This document shows positions 52,871 through 62,690 of a stretch of DNA of 64,000 bases, in pieces. The notes below the pieces were generated by a model. It was not told the DNA's origin. It was given only the letters and a program-made list of their open reading frames with translations, and searched no databases. The translations under genes were made by a program, and so were the position numbers. How positions within the stretch are numbered: position 1 is the first letter of the stretch; each line of letters begins with the position of its first letter. Where the stretch lies: the NCBI GenBank assembly GCA_041664245.1, contig JBAYLC010000003.1:394-64393 (forward strand). The letters are read 5' to 3'. The stretch comes from Minisyncoccota bacterium (lineage in GTDB: Bacteria > Patescibacteriota > Minisyncoccia > UBA6257 > 2-01-FULL-56-20).

Positions 52871-55411
52871 TTACTCCGCCGCAACAAAATTAAACTCTTC
52901 TTCTCCTTTCAACACCACGGTGTATCGCCCCCCTCTTACCACTTCCTTATTTAACATCTTTTGCGCCAGCGGCGCTTTGAGCCGCTCGGCGATAACTCGC
53001 TGTAACGGCCGCGCCCCGAATGCCGGTTCAAAACCCAGTTTGGAAATTTTCTTTACCACCTCCTCGCTAAATTCCAAAACTATACCTTTATCATCTAGAG
53101 TCTTAGCAAAATCTTTTAAGTTAAGCAAAGTAACTTTGTATAAATTCTCCGCCGACAAATTATTAAAAACCACAATTTTAGAAAAACGGTTTAGTAGTTC
53201 CGGCTTAAAAACATCAGTTAGTTTTGTTTTTAAATATTCGCCTATCTGCGACATCACCTGTCCCTGCCGCAAAGCTTCGTTGATAATGTCGGAGTGCGCG
53301 TTTGAGGTAGCAATGATAATTGTATTTTGAAAATCAACCAATCTTCCGTTGTTATCCGTTAATCTCCCATCATCAAAAACTTGCAAAAATAAATTCAGAA
53401 TATCAGGAAATGCTTTTTCAAATTCATCAAGTAGAATCAGGCTGTATGGTTTTTCTAAAACCGCCTCAGTCAGTGATCCCGAAACCTTGCCGTCCGGCGA
53501 TCCAATCAATCTGAAAAAACTTTGTTTGTCTTGATACTCGGTCATATCAAATCGAATCATCGCGTCTTTCGAACCAAATTGAATTGTCGCTAAAATCTTA
53601 GCGAGTTCCGTCTTGCCCACGCCGGTTGGTCCCACGAAAAGGAAGATAGCAATCGGTCCGCCCGGTTTAGCCAATCCACTTCTATATTCTCGAAGTACAT
53701 TGGCCACTGCCGTCACCGCCTCTTCTTGGTCAATTAACCGCTCGTGGATTACTTCTTCAAGATTAAGCAACTGTTCGGCCTCCTTTTCTGTTGCCTCATG
53801 GATTGGAATCTTCGTTTTTTTCTCCGCTACCTCGATTACTAAATCCGGCTGGATTGCTTTTAACCCCTTTCGCCTCGCCTCCACTAAGGCATCCTTTATA
53901 AGCTCACTAGCGCTCGATGGCAAAAATTTATTTCCAAAATATTTCTTTGCCAGCTTTACCGCTTTTTTTATCGCTCCAAAACTTATCAAAATCTTACTCT
54001 GTCGTTCCAAAATCAAACTCTCGTAAATCAAAATCTTTCCGGCTTCCTCTTCGCTTATTTCATTCACTCGAATTTTTTCAAACGCTCCCGCCAGATCGCT
54101 TCGCGATTCTAAAAATTCTTTGAACTCCCGCGGATATGTCGCCCCGATTACCGGAAAAGAATTACTCATTATAACCGGCATTAACGCATCAGCCGCCGAA
54201 AGATAAGCCGCTCCGGACGTTTTTACTAAATTATGCATATCCGGAATATAGAGAATAATATTGCCAGCTGTTGCGATCTCCTCCACAATCTCCCTAAGCC
54301 GCGCCTGAAGCTCCTCCGGCGCCGCTCCTGCCACCAGCCCGGCAATATCAAGCATTACCAATCTTTTATCAAAAAGCGCCTCCGGCACCTTATCCTTCAC
54401 TAAATCGTAAGCAAAATGAGCCACCATTGTTTCCTTCCCAATCCCCGCTTCACCGATTAAAAGCGCGTTCGGGTTGACCGGTCTAGCCAAGGCGTCCACC
54501 ATTCTTTGATATTCAACCTCGTGGCCAATTAAAAAACCTACCTCTTCTTGTCGTGCTAAATCCGTGAAATCGGTTCCAAATCGGTCTAAAGTCGGCGTTG
54601 GCCGGCTAGTCCAAGCCCGATTCATAATTCGGTGCCTTATCTTCGTCGTTCCCCCGATAAATCCGCCAATCGTTGCTGGAATATTTTTCAAGGAAGAAAA
54701 TCTATCCCGAACTGAACTGAAAACCAAAGCTTGCTCCAAATCATTAGCTTCAATTCCAAAAATAGAAAAGATTCGGTTTATTGGCTCGCTTTTCATAGAA
54801 GCCAGCGCAGCAAAAAGATCCCCGCACTCGATAAATAAGTGTCCATTTCTTAAAGCGTGGTCAAATGCCACTTTCACCAAAGCCTCAACCTGCCCGGATA
54901 CATTCGCCTTAGAAACATGCCCCGACTCTACAACTCTATTTTTGATAAACTCATCAACCTTATCCAAAATTTCATCATTGGAAACATTCATCCGCGTCAG
55001 CCCTTCTTGAATACCTTTATGCCCTAATAATTTTTTAAAAATCTCTAAATAAAAATCACCCCCGCCAACGCTAGCTCCGGTAAAAGCTTTTTCAATCGTC
55101 CGGAACACCGAAAGCTTTAAGTAGTCCGCTAAATTCACTCGTCCTTTTATTGGGATCTCGCTCAAAAACCGCCGTCCCTCATTCCGGTGAATAAAATAAT
55201 CAATCAAAAAAATAATTACGATAAACGCCAAATACCAAAGCCAGGTAATACCAGAAATAAGTAGCGTAAAAACCGCCACCACCGTGAATAAAATAAAAAT
55301 ACTGCTAAAAATCCTCACTAAAGAACGCCCGACAACCGTCATCCTTAACCGCGAGTCCGAAAAGTAAAACTCCGAGATCGAAGACGAATTATTTTTATTT
55401 TTTAAATCCAT
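52871..55411 (-). CDS. membrane-anchored ClpC/ClpA-like double-AAA+ ATPase (degenerate D1, intact D2)
   Basis: It has two N-terminal TM helices and a Clp_N-like repeat. D1 has Walker A GEAGIGKET and Walker B PDMH, with E replaced by M. D2 has GPTGVGKTELAK and LLDEFEKA. There is no ClpB-type M-domain. Confidence 0.8.
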   Translation of the reverse strand: MDLKNKNNSSSISEFYFSDSRLRMTVVGRSLVRIFSSIFILFTVVAVFTLLISGITWLWYLAFIVIIFLIDYFIHRNEGRRFLSEIPIKGRVNLADYLKLSVFRTIEKAFTGASVGGGDFYLEIFKKLLGHKGIQEGLTRMNVSNDEILDKVDEFIKNRVVESGHVSKANVSGQVEALVKVAFDHALRNGHLFIECGDLFAALASMKSEPINRIFSIFGIEANDLEQALVFSSVRDRFSSLKNIPATIGGFIGGTTKIRHRIMNRAWTSRPTPTLDRFGTDFTDLARQEEVGFLIGHEVEYQRMVDALARPVNPNALLIGEAGIGKETMVAHFAYDLVKDKVPEALFDKRLVMLDIAGLVAGAAPEELQARLREIVEEIATAGNIILYIPDMHNLVKTSGAAYLSAADALMPVIMSNSFPVIGATYPREFKEFLESRSDLAGAFEKIRVNEISEEEAGKILIYESLILERQSKILISFGAIKKAVKLAKKYFGNKFLPSSASELIKDALVEARRKGLKAIQPDLVIEVAEKKTKIPIHEATEKEAEQLLNLEEVIHERLIDQEEAVTAVANVLREYRSGLAKPGGPIAIFLFVGPTGVGKTELAKILATIQFGSKDAMIRFDMTEYQDKQSFFRLIGSPDGKVSGSLTEAVLEKPYSLILLDEFEKAFPDILNLFLQVFDDGRLTDNNGRLVDFQNTIIIATSNAHSDIINEALRQGQVMSQIGEYLKTKLTDVFKPELLNRFSKIVVFNNLSAENLYKVTLLNLKDFAKTLDDKGIVLEFSEEVVKKISKLGFEPAFGARPLQRVIAERLKAPLAQKMLNKEVVRGGRYTVVLKGEEEFNFVAAE

Positions 55412-55425
55412 TAAAAATAAGCTTT

Positions 55426-55797
55426 TTATAAATTAAGGCTCACCGCTCCAAAAAGACTTTTCAAAGTCATGGCAATTAAAACTGGCAAAAGCAAAACATA
55501 AACCAAATAAACAGCCAGAAAAACGCCAGCAACAATAAGATAAACAACCAAACCAATTAAAATTCTGCCCGACCTAAAAATTACTCCGAGAATCCGTCCG
55601 AGAATCGTGAAATCTTTATAAAGCGGCTGGAAAAAATATTTTACTGTAATCCTAATCGCTAAAGTTTGGTCTAATTTTTCAAATGACGAAACAAAAAAAT
55701 CGGCCAATCGCCGTGAGCCGTCAATGTACCAGTGGTGCAAAAAATCGCCGATTAAAATAAAGAATCGCACCACTAAATAAACCGGAGCGAAATTCAT
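55426..55797 (-). CDS. hypothetical small membrane protein
   Basis: The 123 aa product has 2-3 TM helices. Confidence 0.45.
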   Translation of the reverse strand: MNFAPVYLVVRFFILIGDFLHHWYIDGSRRLADFFVSSFEKLDQTLAIRITVKYFFQPLYKDFTILGRILGVIFRSGRILIGLVVYLIVAGVFLAVYLVYVLLLPVLIAMTLKSLFGAVSLNL

Positions 55798-55832
55798 GGG
55801 TTAATTATACCGCTCTAAGCCGGATAAAAAAA

Positions 55833-56471
55833 CTAGAAAAGCTTAGCTTGAGGAATCTTTGGTTTTTCTTCCTTTCTCGCCCTTATCTCTGGTTTCGCTC
55901 CTGCTTTAACCTCGACCAAACCCTTTCCACTTACAATCGCCGGCAACTTCTTGAATGTCTCCCTAAACTGGTTCATTACTCCCGTCCCCCGCAAAGCCGC
56001 CGCGGGATGGAATATAGGCACGATTAGCCGCCCTCCCATTTTAAAGACCTTGCCCTGATCCCTGGTTATTTTCGCCTCTGGCAGAAAATAGTTCATTGAA
56101 AATCTCCCCAAAGTCGCGATTATTTTGGGATTGATAATTTCAATCTGCCTAGTTAAATAAGGCTTATAAGCCTCAATTTCTTCAGGCAATGGATCACGAT
56201 TTTCTGGTGGTCGTCGTTTAACTATATTAGTTATATAAACTTCTTCCTCTCGCCATCCTAAATTACGAATATTTTCGCGAAGCAACTGTCCGCCCCGCCC
56301 CACAAACGGCCGCCCCTTCTCATTTTCATGAAATCCGGGCGCTTCGCCGATAAACAAAACCTTGCACTCTTCGCTTCCTTCGCCGAAAACCAAATTTGAT
56401 TCCCTAAGCGGCAAACTTTTATCCGCCAAAATCTCCGCTTCTAATTTTTTTAATTCTTCCTTTTTATTCAT
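55833..56471 (-). CDS. uracil-DNA glycosylase, family 4
   Basis: It has the GEAPG and HPAA motifs. The start is set at MNKKEELKK because the longer track ORF overlaps tRNA-Arg. Confidence 0.85.
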   Translation of the reverse strand: MNKKEELKKLEAEILADKSLPLRESNLVFGEGSEECKVLFIGEAPGFHENEKGRPFVGRGGQLLRENIRNLGWREEEVYITNIVKRRPPENRDPLPEEIEAYKPYLTRQIEIINPKIIATLGRFSMNYFLPEAKITRDQGKVFKMGGRLIVPIFHPAAALRGTGVMNQFRETFKKLPAIVSGKGLVEVKAGAKPEIRARKEEKPKIPQAKLF

Positions 56472-56498
56472 AAGCCTATTATTTACTACACAGCTCTG

Positions 56499-56570
56499 TG
56501 CCCTCAGCAGGAATCGAACCTGCACCGCCTCCTTCGGAGGGAGGAATTGTATCCATTCAACTATGAGGGC
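56499..56570 (-). tRNA. tRNA-Arg (anticodon CCG)
   Basis: The acceptor stem is GCCCTCA/TGAGGGC and the anticodon stem CCTCC/GGAGG with loop CTCCGAA. The T loop is TTCGATT. Confidence 0.8.
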
Positions 56571-56576
56571 TCGCCC

Positions 56577-57692
56577 CTATCTTATTACAAAATAATAAAT
56601 TTCGTAAACCACGGCGGCTAAGAATACCACAACCAATAAGCCGGCTAGAATTCTTTTCCAACCCCGAAAAACTAAAGCCTTCGCCGCCACTAAAATTATT
56701 ATCACATACTGCAAAGCCACGAAAATTCCGCCTGCCACTCCAATCGTCTCCAAAAAATTAGTAAAACCAGCCAGTAAAAGAATAATCGGCAGAGCCAACA
56801 GTAATCCAATCGCCAAAAAACGCGGCCACTTTAAGTCGTAAATAAAAGCGTTTCTCAGCTCTAATCCAATCGGCACATAAGACGTCCAAATTGCGAATAG
56901 CCCGAAAATTCCCAAAAGTTCCAATTTCCAAGCCGGCCAATTAGTTAAGCCAGAAAAAGAATCTGTTGTCGCCGCTCCCCCGGTTGTCAACGTTAAAATC
57001 GCTATCGCAAATAAAAAATAAAAAATCACCGGTATCGCTGTTCCCCAAAAAATCACCGAACCTAAACTGTTTTTATCTCCTCTTCTTTTTTGAAAATCAA
57101 ACACCGGCTCGATCGCCGTCCAACCGGCCAGCGAAAAAAGAAAAGCACCAAATGGTAAAAAGATCTCTCGGCCGGTAACCGCCACCCCTAAAACCAAATT
57201 TTTAAACGGCAAAGCTGTTAAAAAAATCGCCAAAATGATAATCAGCATCGCCGCCCCGCCAAAAAATTCTAAATTCAAAACCCTTCCGGATTTAAGTAAA
57301 AAAGGAAACGATCCTAAAATCCAAAAAATAAGAATCGCCGCCGGCCCGCTTAGTCCCGGAAAAACCATTCCTAAAAAATCTCCGCCCAAAATCAAAAAAG
57401 CGGTTAAAGTTAACAACAGGCCGGCTAGAATAATTAAAAACGAAAAATACCTTCCCTTCTTGCCGTAATATCTATTAGCTAGTCCAAGTAACCGGTCTCG
57501 CTCGCCGGTTTTCTGCAAAGTTTTAAGATACCAGCTATGAGTTAAAATAATGCCCGCCGCAATTAATATTAAATACCCAACGCTCACCGCCCATCCCGTC
57601 TTATTAAAAATATAAGGCAAGGCAAATATGCCTGCCCCAATCGTCGTCGCCACTAAAAAACCCGCTTCCCGAAAAAAGTTAATAATTTTCAT
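56577..57692 (-). CDS. amino-acid permease-like membrane transporter (~11 TM)
   Basis: It has a GAGIFALP motif and a polytopic topology. Confidence 0.55.
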   Translation of the reverse strand: MKIINFFREAGFLVATTIGAGIFALPYIFNKTGWAVSVGYLILIAAGIILTHSWYLKTLQKTGERDRLLGLANRYYGKKGRYFSFLIILAGLLLTLTAFLILGGDFLGMVFPGLSGPAAILIFWILGSFPFLLKSGRVLNLEFFGGAAMLIIILAIFLTALPFKNLVLGVAVTGREIFLPFGAFLFSLAGWTAIEPVFDFQKRRGDKNSLGSVIFWGTAIPVIFYFLFAIAILTLTTGGAATTDSFSGLTNWPAWKLELLGIFGLFAIWTSYVPIGLELRNAFIYDLKWPRFLAIGLLLALPIILLLAGFTNFLETIGVAGGIFVALQYVIIILVAAKALVFRGWKRILAGLLVVVFLAAVVYEIYYFVIR

Positions 57693-57700
57693 AAAAACTA

Positions 57701-58201
57701 TTAAACTTCGAAAACTTTGTCGCCTTCCCGAACTTTATCCCTAACTTTTATTCCCACTTCTAAATTTTTCCTAGCCAGTGTAATTGGTTTGCGATCAAAT
57801 TGCATCGAGATAATTTTATCTTCGAAATCTGTCGTTGCTCCCTTAAATTTTAGTGGCGTTCCGATAGCCATCGCCTTAGAAAACTTCACAATCGCCACCC
57901 CTAGGCCATCATAAAAATGGGTAACTGTTCCAATCGCTTTTGGCCCCTTTGTTGTCTTTACTAAAACCGCTCTCTTTTTAGTTGTCTTCTTTGCAACCTT
58001 TTTCGCGGCGGAATTTCTAGAAACTTTTTTTATAGTTTTTTTCGCAACCTTCCTAGTAGTCTTCTTCTTAGAGGTCTTTGCTTTCTTAACTATTCGCTTG
58101 CTGGCTTTTTTAGTATTCTTTTTTGTTTTTTTAATTTTTTTTGGCATAAAATTTATAACTTTTCCCGACCTTTGCCCCACGCCAAAGGCGGGGTATTTCA
58201 A
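57701..58201 (-). CDS. lysine-rich histone H1-like protein with C-terminal beta-rich domain
   Basis: An N-terminal KK-rich tail of ~70 aa is followed by GTVTHFYDGLGVAIVKF. An alternative start is at 58147. Confidence 0.5.
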   Translation of the reverse strand: MKYPAFGVGQRSGKVINFMPKKIKKTKKNTKKASKRIVKKAKTSKKKTTRKVAKKTIKKVSRNSAAKKVAKKTTKKRAVLVKTTKGPKAIGTVTHFYDGLGVAIVKFSKAMAIGTPLKFKGATTDFEDKIISMQFDRKPITLARKNLEVGIKVRDKVREGDKVFEV

Positions 58202-58875
58202 CCCCTCTTTTTTTTACTTACATCCATCGGAACTATATCAACTCGCCTTTCATATTTTGTTTTTTCATCCTCCTCAATTAAAGCCACTAATTTATCCATT
58301 AATTTTTCTGGATCATTATCATAAATAATTTTTCCTTGCCCTCGGTGAGCCTCCTCAACAATTTCTTTAATTTGATCCGCTGTCCCGCCGCTTCCGGTCA
58401 AAATTCCTTGCGGCTTTCGATCTTCAAAAGCGATCGTGAATTCGTTTAACGTTCCCATTCGCCCACAAATAGTCACCACTGCGTCCGAAGCTCTTGTCAA
58501 AATTAAATTCCTTCCTGAATAATCAAAACCGGTGTAAACAATTACGTCATGATAATCAGTCGGCAAGCGATATGAATTAATATGAGCCGACTTTGATGCC
58601 GCTGGTGAAAATCCGATCACCATCCCCCCCGCTTGCTTCGCGCCCTTGGCCGCCCAATAAGGTAAACCCACTGTCGCTCCAGTAACCAGAACCATCCCTC
58701 GCTTGGCGATTACCCGCCCCATCTCCTCGGCCATTTCCGAAGCCCTCTCGGCGCAATGAGTTGTCTCCGCCGCTCCCGAAATGCAAATCTTATACTTCGG
58801 CTGATAGTTTATTTCTAAATCATCCGTATGAATTTTTAAATTATTATTTTTCGCTGGCATAATTTTATTATACAT
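58198..58875 (-). CDS. LOG/TIGR00725-family Rossmann-fold nucleotide-binding protein
   Basis: It contains ICISGAAET..MVLVTGATVGLPYWAAKGAKQAGGMVIGFSP. Confidence 0.65.
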   Translation of the reverse strand: MYNKIMPAKNNNLKIHTDDLEINYQPKYKICISGAAETTHCAERASEMAEEMGRVIAKRGMVLVTGATVGLPYWAAKGAKQAGGMVIGFSPAASKSAHINSYRLPTDYHDVIVYTGFDYSGRNLILTRASDAVVTICGRMGTLNEFTIAFEDRKPQGILTGSGGTADQIKEIVEEAHRGQGKIIYDNDPEKLMDKLVALIEEDEKTKYERRVDIVPMDVSKKKRG

Positions 58876-58941
58876 CTTCCCTAATTAAATTCTCAATTTA
58901 TCTCTTTATTATCATCTATTCGCGTCATTCGTATCGTCAAC

Positions 58942-60294
58942 CTACAACTCCACCTCCTCTTTGTATTCCGGAATCTCTGTATGAATCACCAACTCATCAT
59001 TAATTTTCTTAGCTAAAGCTGCCGTCGCTCCCTCATCTCCTTGGACCACAAACACTTTCTTTAATGTTATTTTTCTAGTCGCCAGCCAATCTAAAAGTCG
59101 CGGCTGGTCGGCGTGGGCTGAATAACCACTAATCATTCTCACCTTCGCGTGAACCGGCACTTCCTCGCCAAAAATTCTTACCGCCTTTGCTCCCTCAAGA
59201 AGTTGTCGTCCCATTGAACCTTCCGCTTGATACCCCACCAAAAGCAACATACTCTTGGGGTCCGGTAAATATCTAAACTCATGATGCAACACCCTCCCGC
59301 CGTTCGACATCCCCGAACCGGCGATAATAACTTTTGGCGCCGGCACGTCATTAATTCTTTTTGAATCTTCTGTTGTCGGCGTGAAAGTCAGTCCTTTAAA
59401 ATTCAAAACATCATCTCCCCCCTTGATTAAATCCGATGTTCCTCTATTAAAATATTTATGATATTTTCGATAAACTTCGGTCAGCTTAATCGCCAAGGGA
59501 CTATCAATATATATTGGTATTTTTGGAATCCGTCCATTTTCAATCAAATCATTTAATTCATAAAGTAATTGTTGTGTTCGCTCCATCGCAAAAGCGGGTA
59601 TCACCAAAACCCCTCTTGATCTCACCGTATCTTCAATCGCGTCTTCAAGCATTTCCCGCCGCGCCGAAACATCTTCATGAATTCTATCGCCGTAAGCCGA
59701 TTCGATCAAACAATAATCCGCCTCCGGCAGTTCTTCGGTCGGATTAATAATCGGCGCCGGCGAGTTTCCTAAGTCGCCGGAAAAAACCACCGACTGGCCA
59801 TCGCTCTCAACTCGAATAAAAGCTGATCCTAAAATATGCCCAGCATCAAAAAATTCAATTTTAAAAGTATCCCAATCAATTTTTTGGTGATACTCCACGC
59901 CCTCCCAATGTCTCATCACCGCTTCGACATCTTCTTGGGTGTACAAAACCGGCTTCCTCTCTCGATTCGCCTCTTCGCTCAAAAGATGTTCCGAATCAAG
60001 CAATAAGAACTCCGAAAAATCCCGGGTGGCTGGTGTCGAAAAAATCTTTCCTCGAAATCCGTCTTTGTAAAGTTTTGGTAGAAGTCCAGTATGGTCAATG
60101 TGTGCGTGCGTCACAAAAACCGCCTGAATTTCTTTTGGATCATATGGAAATGGATCGAAATTTTGCCGCTCGGCAAAATTGCTTCCTTGATGTAATCCGC
60201 AATCAATCAGAATCTTCGTCTTCCCGTTTTTCGTCTCCAGTAAATAGCTTGACCCCGTCACCGTTCTCGCTCCGCCGTAAAAAGTTAGTTTCAT
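58942..60294 (-). CDS. MBL-fold metallo-hydrolase, beta-CASP RNA-metabolising family
   Basis: It has HAHIDHTG and the beta-CASP motifs. Confidence 0.8.
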   Translation of the reverse strand: MKLTFYGGARTVTGSSYLLETKNGKTKILIDCGLHQGSNFAERQNFDPFPYDPKEIQAVFVTHAHIDHTGLLPKLYKDGFRGKIFSTPATRDFSEFLLLDSEHLLSEEANRERKPVLYTQEDVEAVMRHWEGVEYHQKIDWDTFKIEFFDAGHILGSAFIRVESDGQSVVFSGDLGNSPAPIINPTEELPEADYCLIESAYGDRIHEDVSARREMLEDAIEDTVRSRGVLVIPAFAMERTQQLLYELNDLIENGRIPKIPIYIDSPLAIKLTEVYRKYHKYFNRGTSDLIKGGDDVLNFKGLTFTPTTEDSKRINDVPAPKVIIAGSGMSNGGRVLHHEFRYLPDPKSMLLLVGYQAEGSMGRQLLEGAKAVRIFGEEVPVHAKVRMISGYSAHADQPRLLDWLATRKITLKKVFVVQGDEGATAALAKKINDELVIHTEIPEYKEEVEL

Positions 60295-60355
60295 AAATCG
60301 TGTTCCTGTATTCTATCATCGCTTCTCCGAACTTCCAAAATTTACAAAAAAACAT

Positions 60356-60386
60356 TTGACAAAGTCAAATTTATATGATATATAAT
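60356..60386 (+). promoter_or_regulatory. sigma70 promoter TTGACA-N17-TATATAAT
   Basis: It lies upstream of the 60435 ORF, which has a Shine-Dalgarno sequence (ggagg). Confidence 0.6.
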
Positions 60387-60434
60387 AATAAGCTACTTTT
60401 GGGGAACACATATATTTGAAGACAGGAGGTCTTT

Positions 60435-60662
60435 GTGAGCTACATGAGTTACAAAAATCGGTCGAATTCCATCAAACTATTTGCCGTATTACTCTTAGCG
60501 ACAGGAATACTCTGGGGATTTGCAGTATTTTACAAATACTATTTCTTGATGGATACCCAAGAAATCCTCGCCCTCAATAATTGGGCGTGGCAATTTACCA
60601 AGAACCTTTTAGGTGGCGCAGTCCTACTCATCATTGGCGTCATCATTCTTGCTCGCCGCTAA
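60435..60662 (+). CDS. hypothetical small membrane protein (75 aa, 2 TM)
   Basis: It has a promoter, a Shine-Dalgarno sequence and a downstream terminator. Confidence 0.5.
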   Translation: MSYMSYKNRSNSIKLFAVLLLATGILWGFAVFYKYYFLMDTQEILALNNWAWQFTKNLLGGAVLLIIGVIILARR

Positions 60663-60687
60663 AAAGCCCAACCTCTTCCTAAGCCAA

Positions 60688-60722
60688 AAGGCCTCGCTTC
60701 TCTAGCGAGGCCTTTTCTTTTC
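60688..60722. terminator. bidirectional intrinsic terminator (aggcctcgct-tctc-tagcgaggcct + T-run)
   Basis: The hairpin was read directly from the sequence. The stop codon of the convergent Mur ligase gene lies inside it. Confidence 0.65.
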
Positions 60723-61976
60723 CAAAATTTCTTCCACCACCCCCCTATCGCTCCACGCAATTTTTTTTCCTTTTTCTAGGTGGATATAATCCTCACTTCC
60801 TTTTCCGGTGATAATCACCGTATCGCCTTCCTTCGCTAAACCAATTGCTTTCTCAATCGCCTCTCTTCGATCAAGAGTTTCAGAAACTTTGGAAATTAGA
60901 AATTGGGTATTAGAAACTCCAGATTTTATTTCTTTTAAAATCTGGTTTAGATTTTCATCGTAAGAATCCTCGTTAGTCAAAATAACTTCATCACAGAACT
61001 GTCCGGCAATTTCTCCCATCACCGGCCGCTTCCATTTATCTCTCCCCCCGCCCGCCGATCCTAAAACACAAATCAATTTCCCTTCCTTATTTTTAATTAA
61101 AATTTCATAAACTTTTTTTAGACTATCCGGTGTGTGGGCGTAATCAACAATCACCCGAAACGGCTCATCTTGAACAACATCCATTCGCCCTGGTAACCCT
61201 TTAAAATTTTTTATTGCGGCCTTAATAATATCGTTGGAAATTCCGACTTGCTTTGCCACCGCCACTGCCGCCGCGATGTTTTCTCGATTAAATTCTTCAG
61301 ATAACGAATTAGCATTTTTGTCAATATAGTCCCCCGCCGTTTTGGCAAGAGCGCTATTTAAATCGCGATCAGTTTTCGAATATAAAATCACGCTCGCCTT
61401 TTTAACTTTCTCGACAAAAAAATTGGAACTTTCATCATCAGCGTTTACAAAAATTTTCGCGCCCTCTCGCGCCGCATAATTTAAAAATTTTAATTTCGCT
61501 CCCCTGTAACGTTCAAAAGATCCATGATGCTCGATGTGTTCCGGCGCCAAATTAGTAATCACTCCAATCTTCCAATTTAAAAATTTGTGCCGTGATAATT
61601 CCACGCCTTGGGACGTCACTTCAACGATCGCATAATAGCACCCTGCTGTCACCGCTCGCTTTAAAAATCTCGGAATAAAAAATCTCCCTGGCATCGAATT
61701 ACCAGTTAAATTTTTTTCTTTCTTGTCGCCAATTTTTATATAAACTGAAGAAAGCAGCGCTGTTTTCTTTTCAGCTTCTTCGAGAATAGAATTAAGAAGT
61801 TCAATAACCGTTGATTTGCCTTTTGTTCCAGTAACGCCGATCAAAAAAATTTTCCGGCTTAGAAACCCGAAAAAAAAATTTCCCCAAAACGCTAATTTAA
61901 AATGATAGATCCGAAATAAAACTGGGAACTTATAGAGCCATTTAATCAGCCAATTTTTTTTTAATGATTCAAGCAT
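60702..61976 (-). CDS. Mur ligase family protein (MurE-like)
   Basis: It has a P-loop GVTGTKGKSTV and LAPEHIEHHGSFERYRGAK. At 424 aa it is short for MurE. Confidence 0.7.
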   Translation of the reverse strand: MLESLKKNWLIKWLYKFPVLFRIYHFKLAFWGNFFFGFLSRKIFLIGVTGTKGKSTVIELLNSILEEAEKKTALLSSVYIKIGDKKEKNLTGNSMPGRFFIPRFLKRAVTAGCYYAIVEVTSQGVELSRHKFLNWKIGVITNLAPEHIEHHGSFERYRGAKLKFLNYAAREGAKIFVNADDESSNFFVEKVKKASVILYSKTDRDLNSALAKTAGDYIDKNANSLSEEFNRENIAAAVAVAKQVGISNDIIKAAIKNFKGLPGRMDVVQDEPFRVIVDYAHTPDSLKKVYEILIKNKEGKLICVLGSAGGGRDKWKRPVMGEIAGQFCDEVILTNEDSYDENLNQILKEIKSGVSNTQFLISKVSETLDRREAIEKAIGLAKEGDTVIITGKGSEDYIHLEKGKKIAWSDRGVVEEILEKKRPR

Positions 61977-62556
61977 GCTTCTGGTCTGACAAAATTTTTA
62001 ATGCCTCTTTTAGTCTTTTTTCTAAACTTAAAAATTCTTTCGACACTTTATCGAGCGCTCGTTTCGCCTGGTCTCTTCCATAACCAAGGCCGGTTAGAGT
62101 ATCAACTAGGTCGCTATCAATTTCCATTTTTTTAACCGCTTCCGTCGAGCCCTCAGCTTCAACTTTGTTTTTTAATTCCAAAATAATTCTCTCGGCCGTT
62201 TTCTTTCCAACTCCAGAAGCTCGGCTGAATAAATCACTTCGCTCTTCTTTGATCGCTGAAAGTAATTCATTAAGCGGCGCCACATCCATAACCGAAAGAG
62301 CCGACTTCGGACCAACCCCTCCGACCGTATTTAAAAGCTCAAAAAAATCCAACTCCCTAACCGATATAAATCCGTAAATCTCAAACGCCGTTTCTCTCAC
62401 AAAAAGTCGGGCATAAATTTTAATATTACTCTCAATCGCCGGCAGCGAGGAGATACTCCTTTTGGAGGAAAAAATCTTTATCCCAAAGCCGCCAATATCT
62501 ATAACAAAGAAATCGGGTAATTTCTCGCTTATTCTTCCCTGGAGGTAATAAATCAT
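61969..62556 (-). CDS. ruvA: Holliday junction DNA helicase RuvA
   Basis: Its N-terminus is MIYYLQGRI and it has HhH motifs (GVGPKSA, GVGKKTAERI). Confidence 0.85.
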   Translation of the reverse strand: MIYYLQGRISEKLPDFFVIDIGGFGIKIFSSKRSISSLPAIESNIKIYARLFVRETAFEIYGFISVRELDFFELLNTVGGVGPKSALSVMDVAPLNELLSAIKEERSDLFSRASGVGKKTAERIILELKNKVEAEGSTEAVKKMEIDSDLVDTLTGLGYGRDQAKRALDKVSKEFLSLEKRLKEALKILSDQKHA

Positions 62557-62690
62557 TAATCTGAATTATATTAGAAATTCCATTTATGCGCCACAAACGG
62601 ATTCAACTAGGAAAGTCACCTTTTCGGTTTTAACGCCAAAACCCAATAATCCTATGAAACCTATGTTTCTCAACAAAAGTAGAAAATTAA

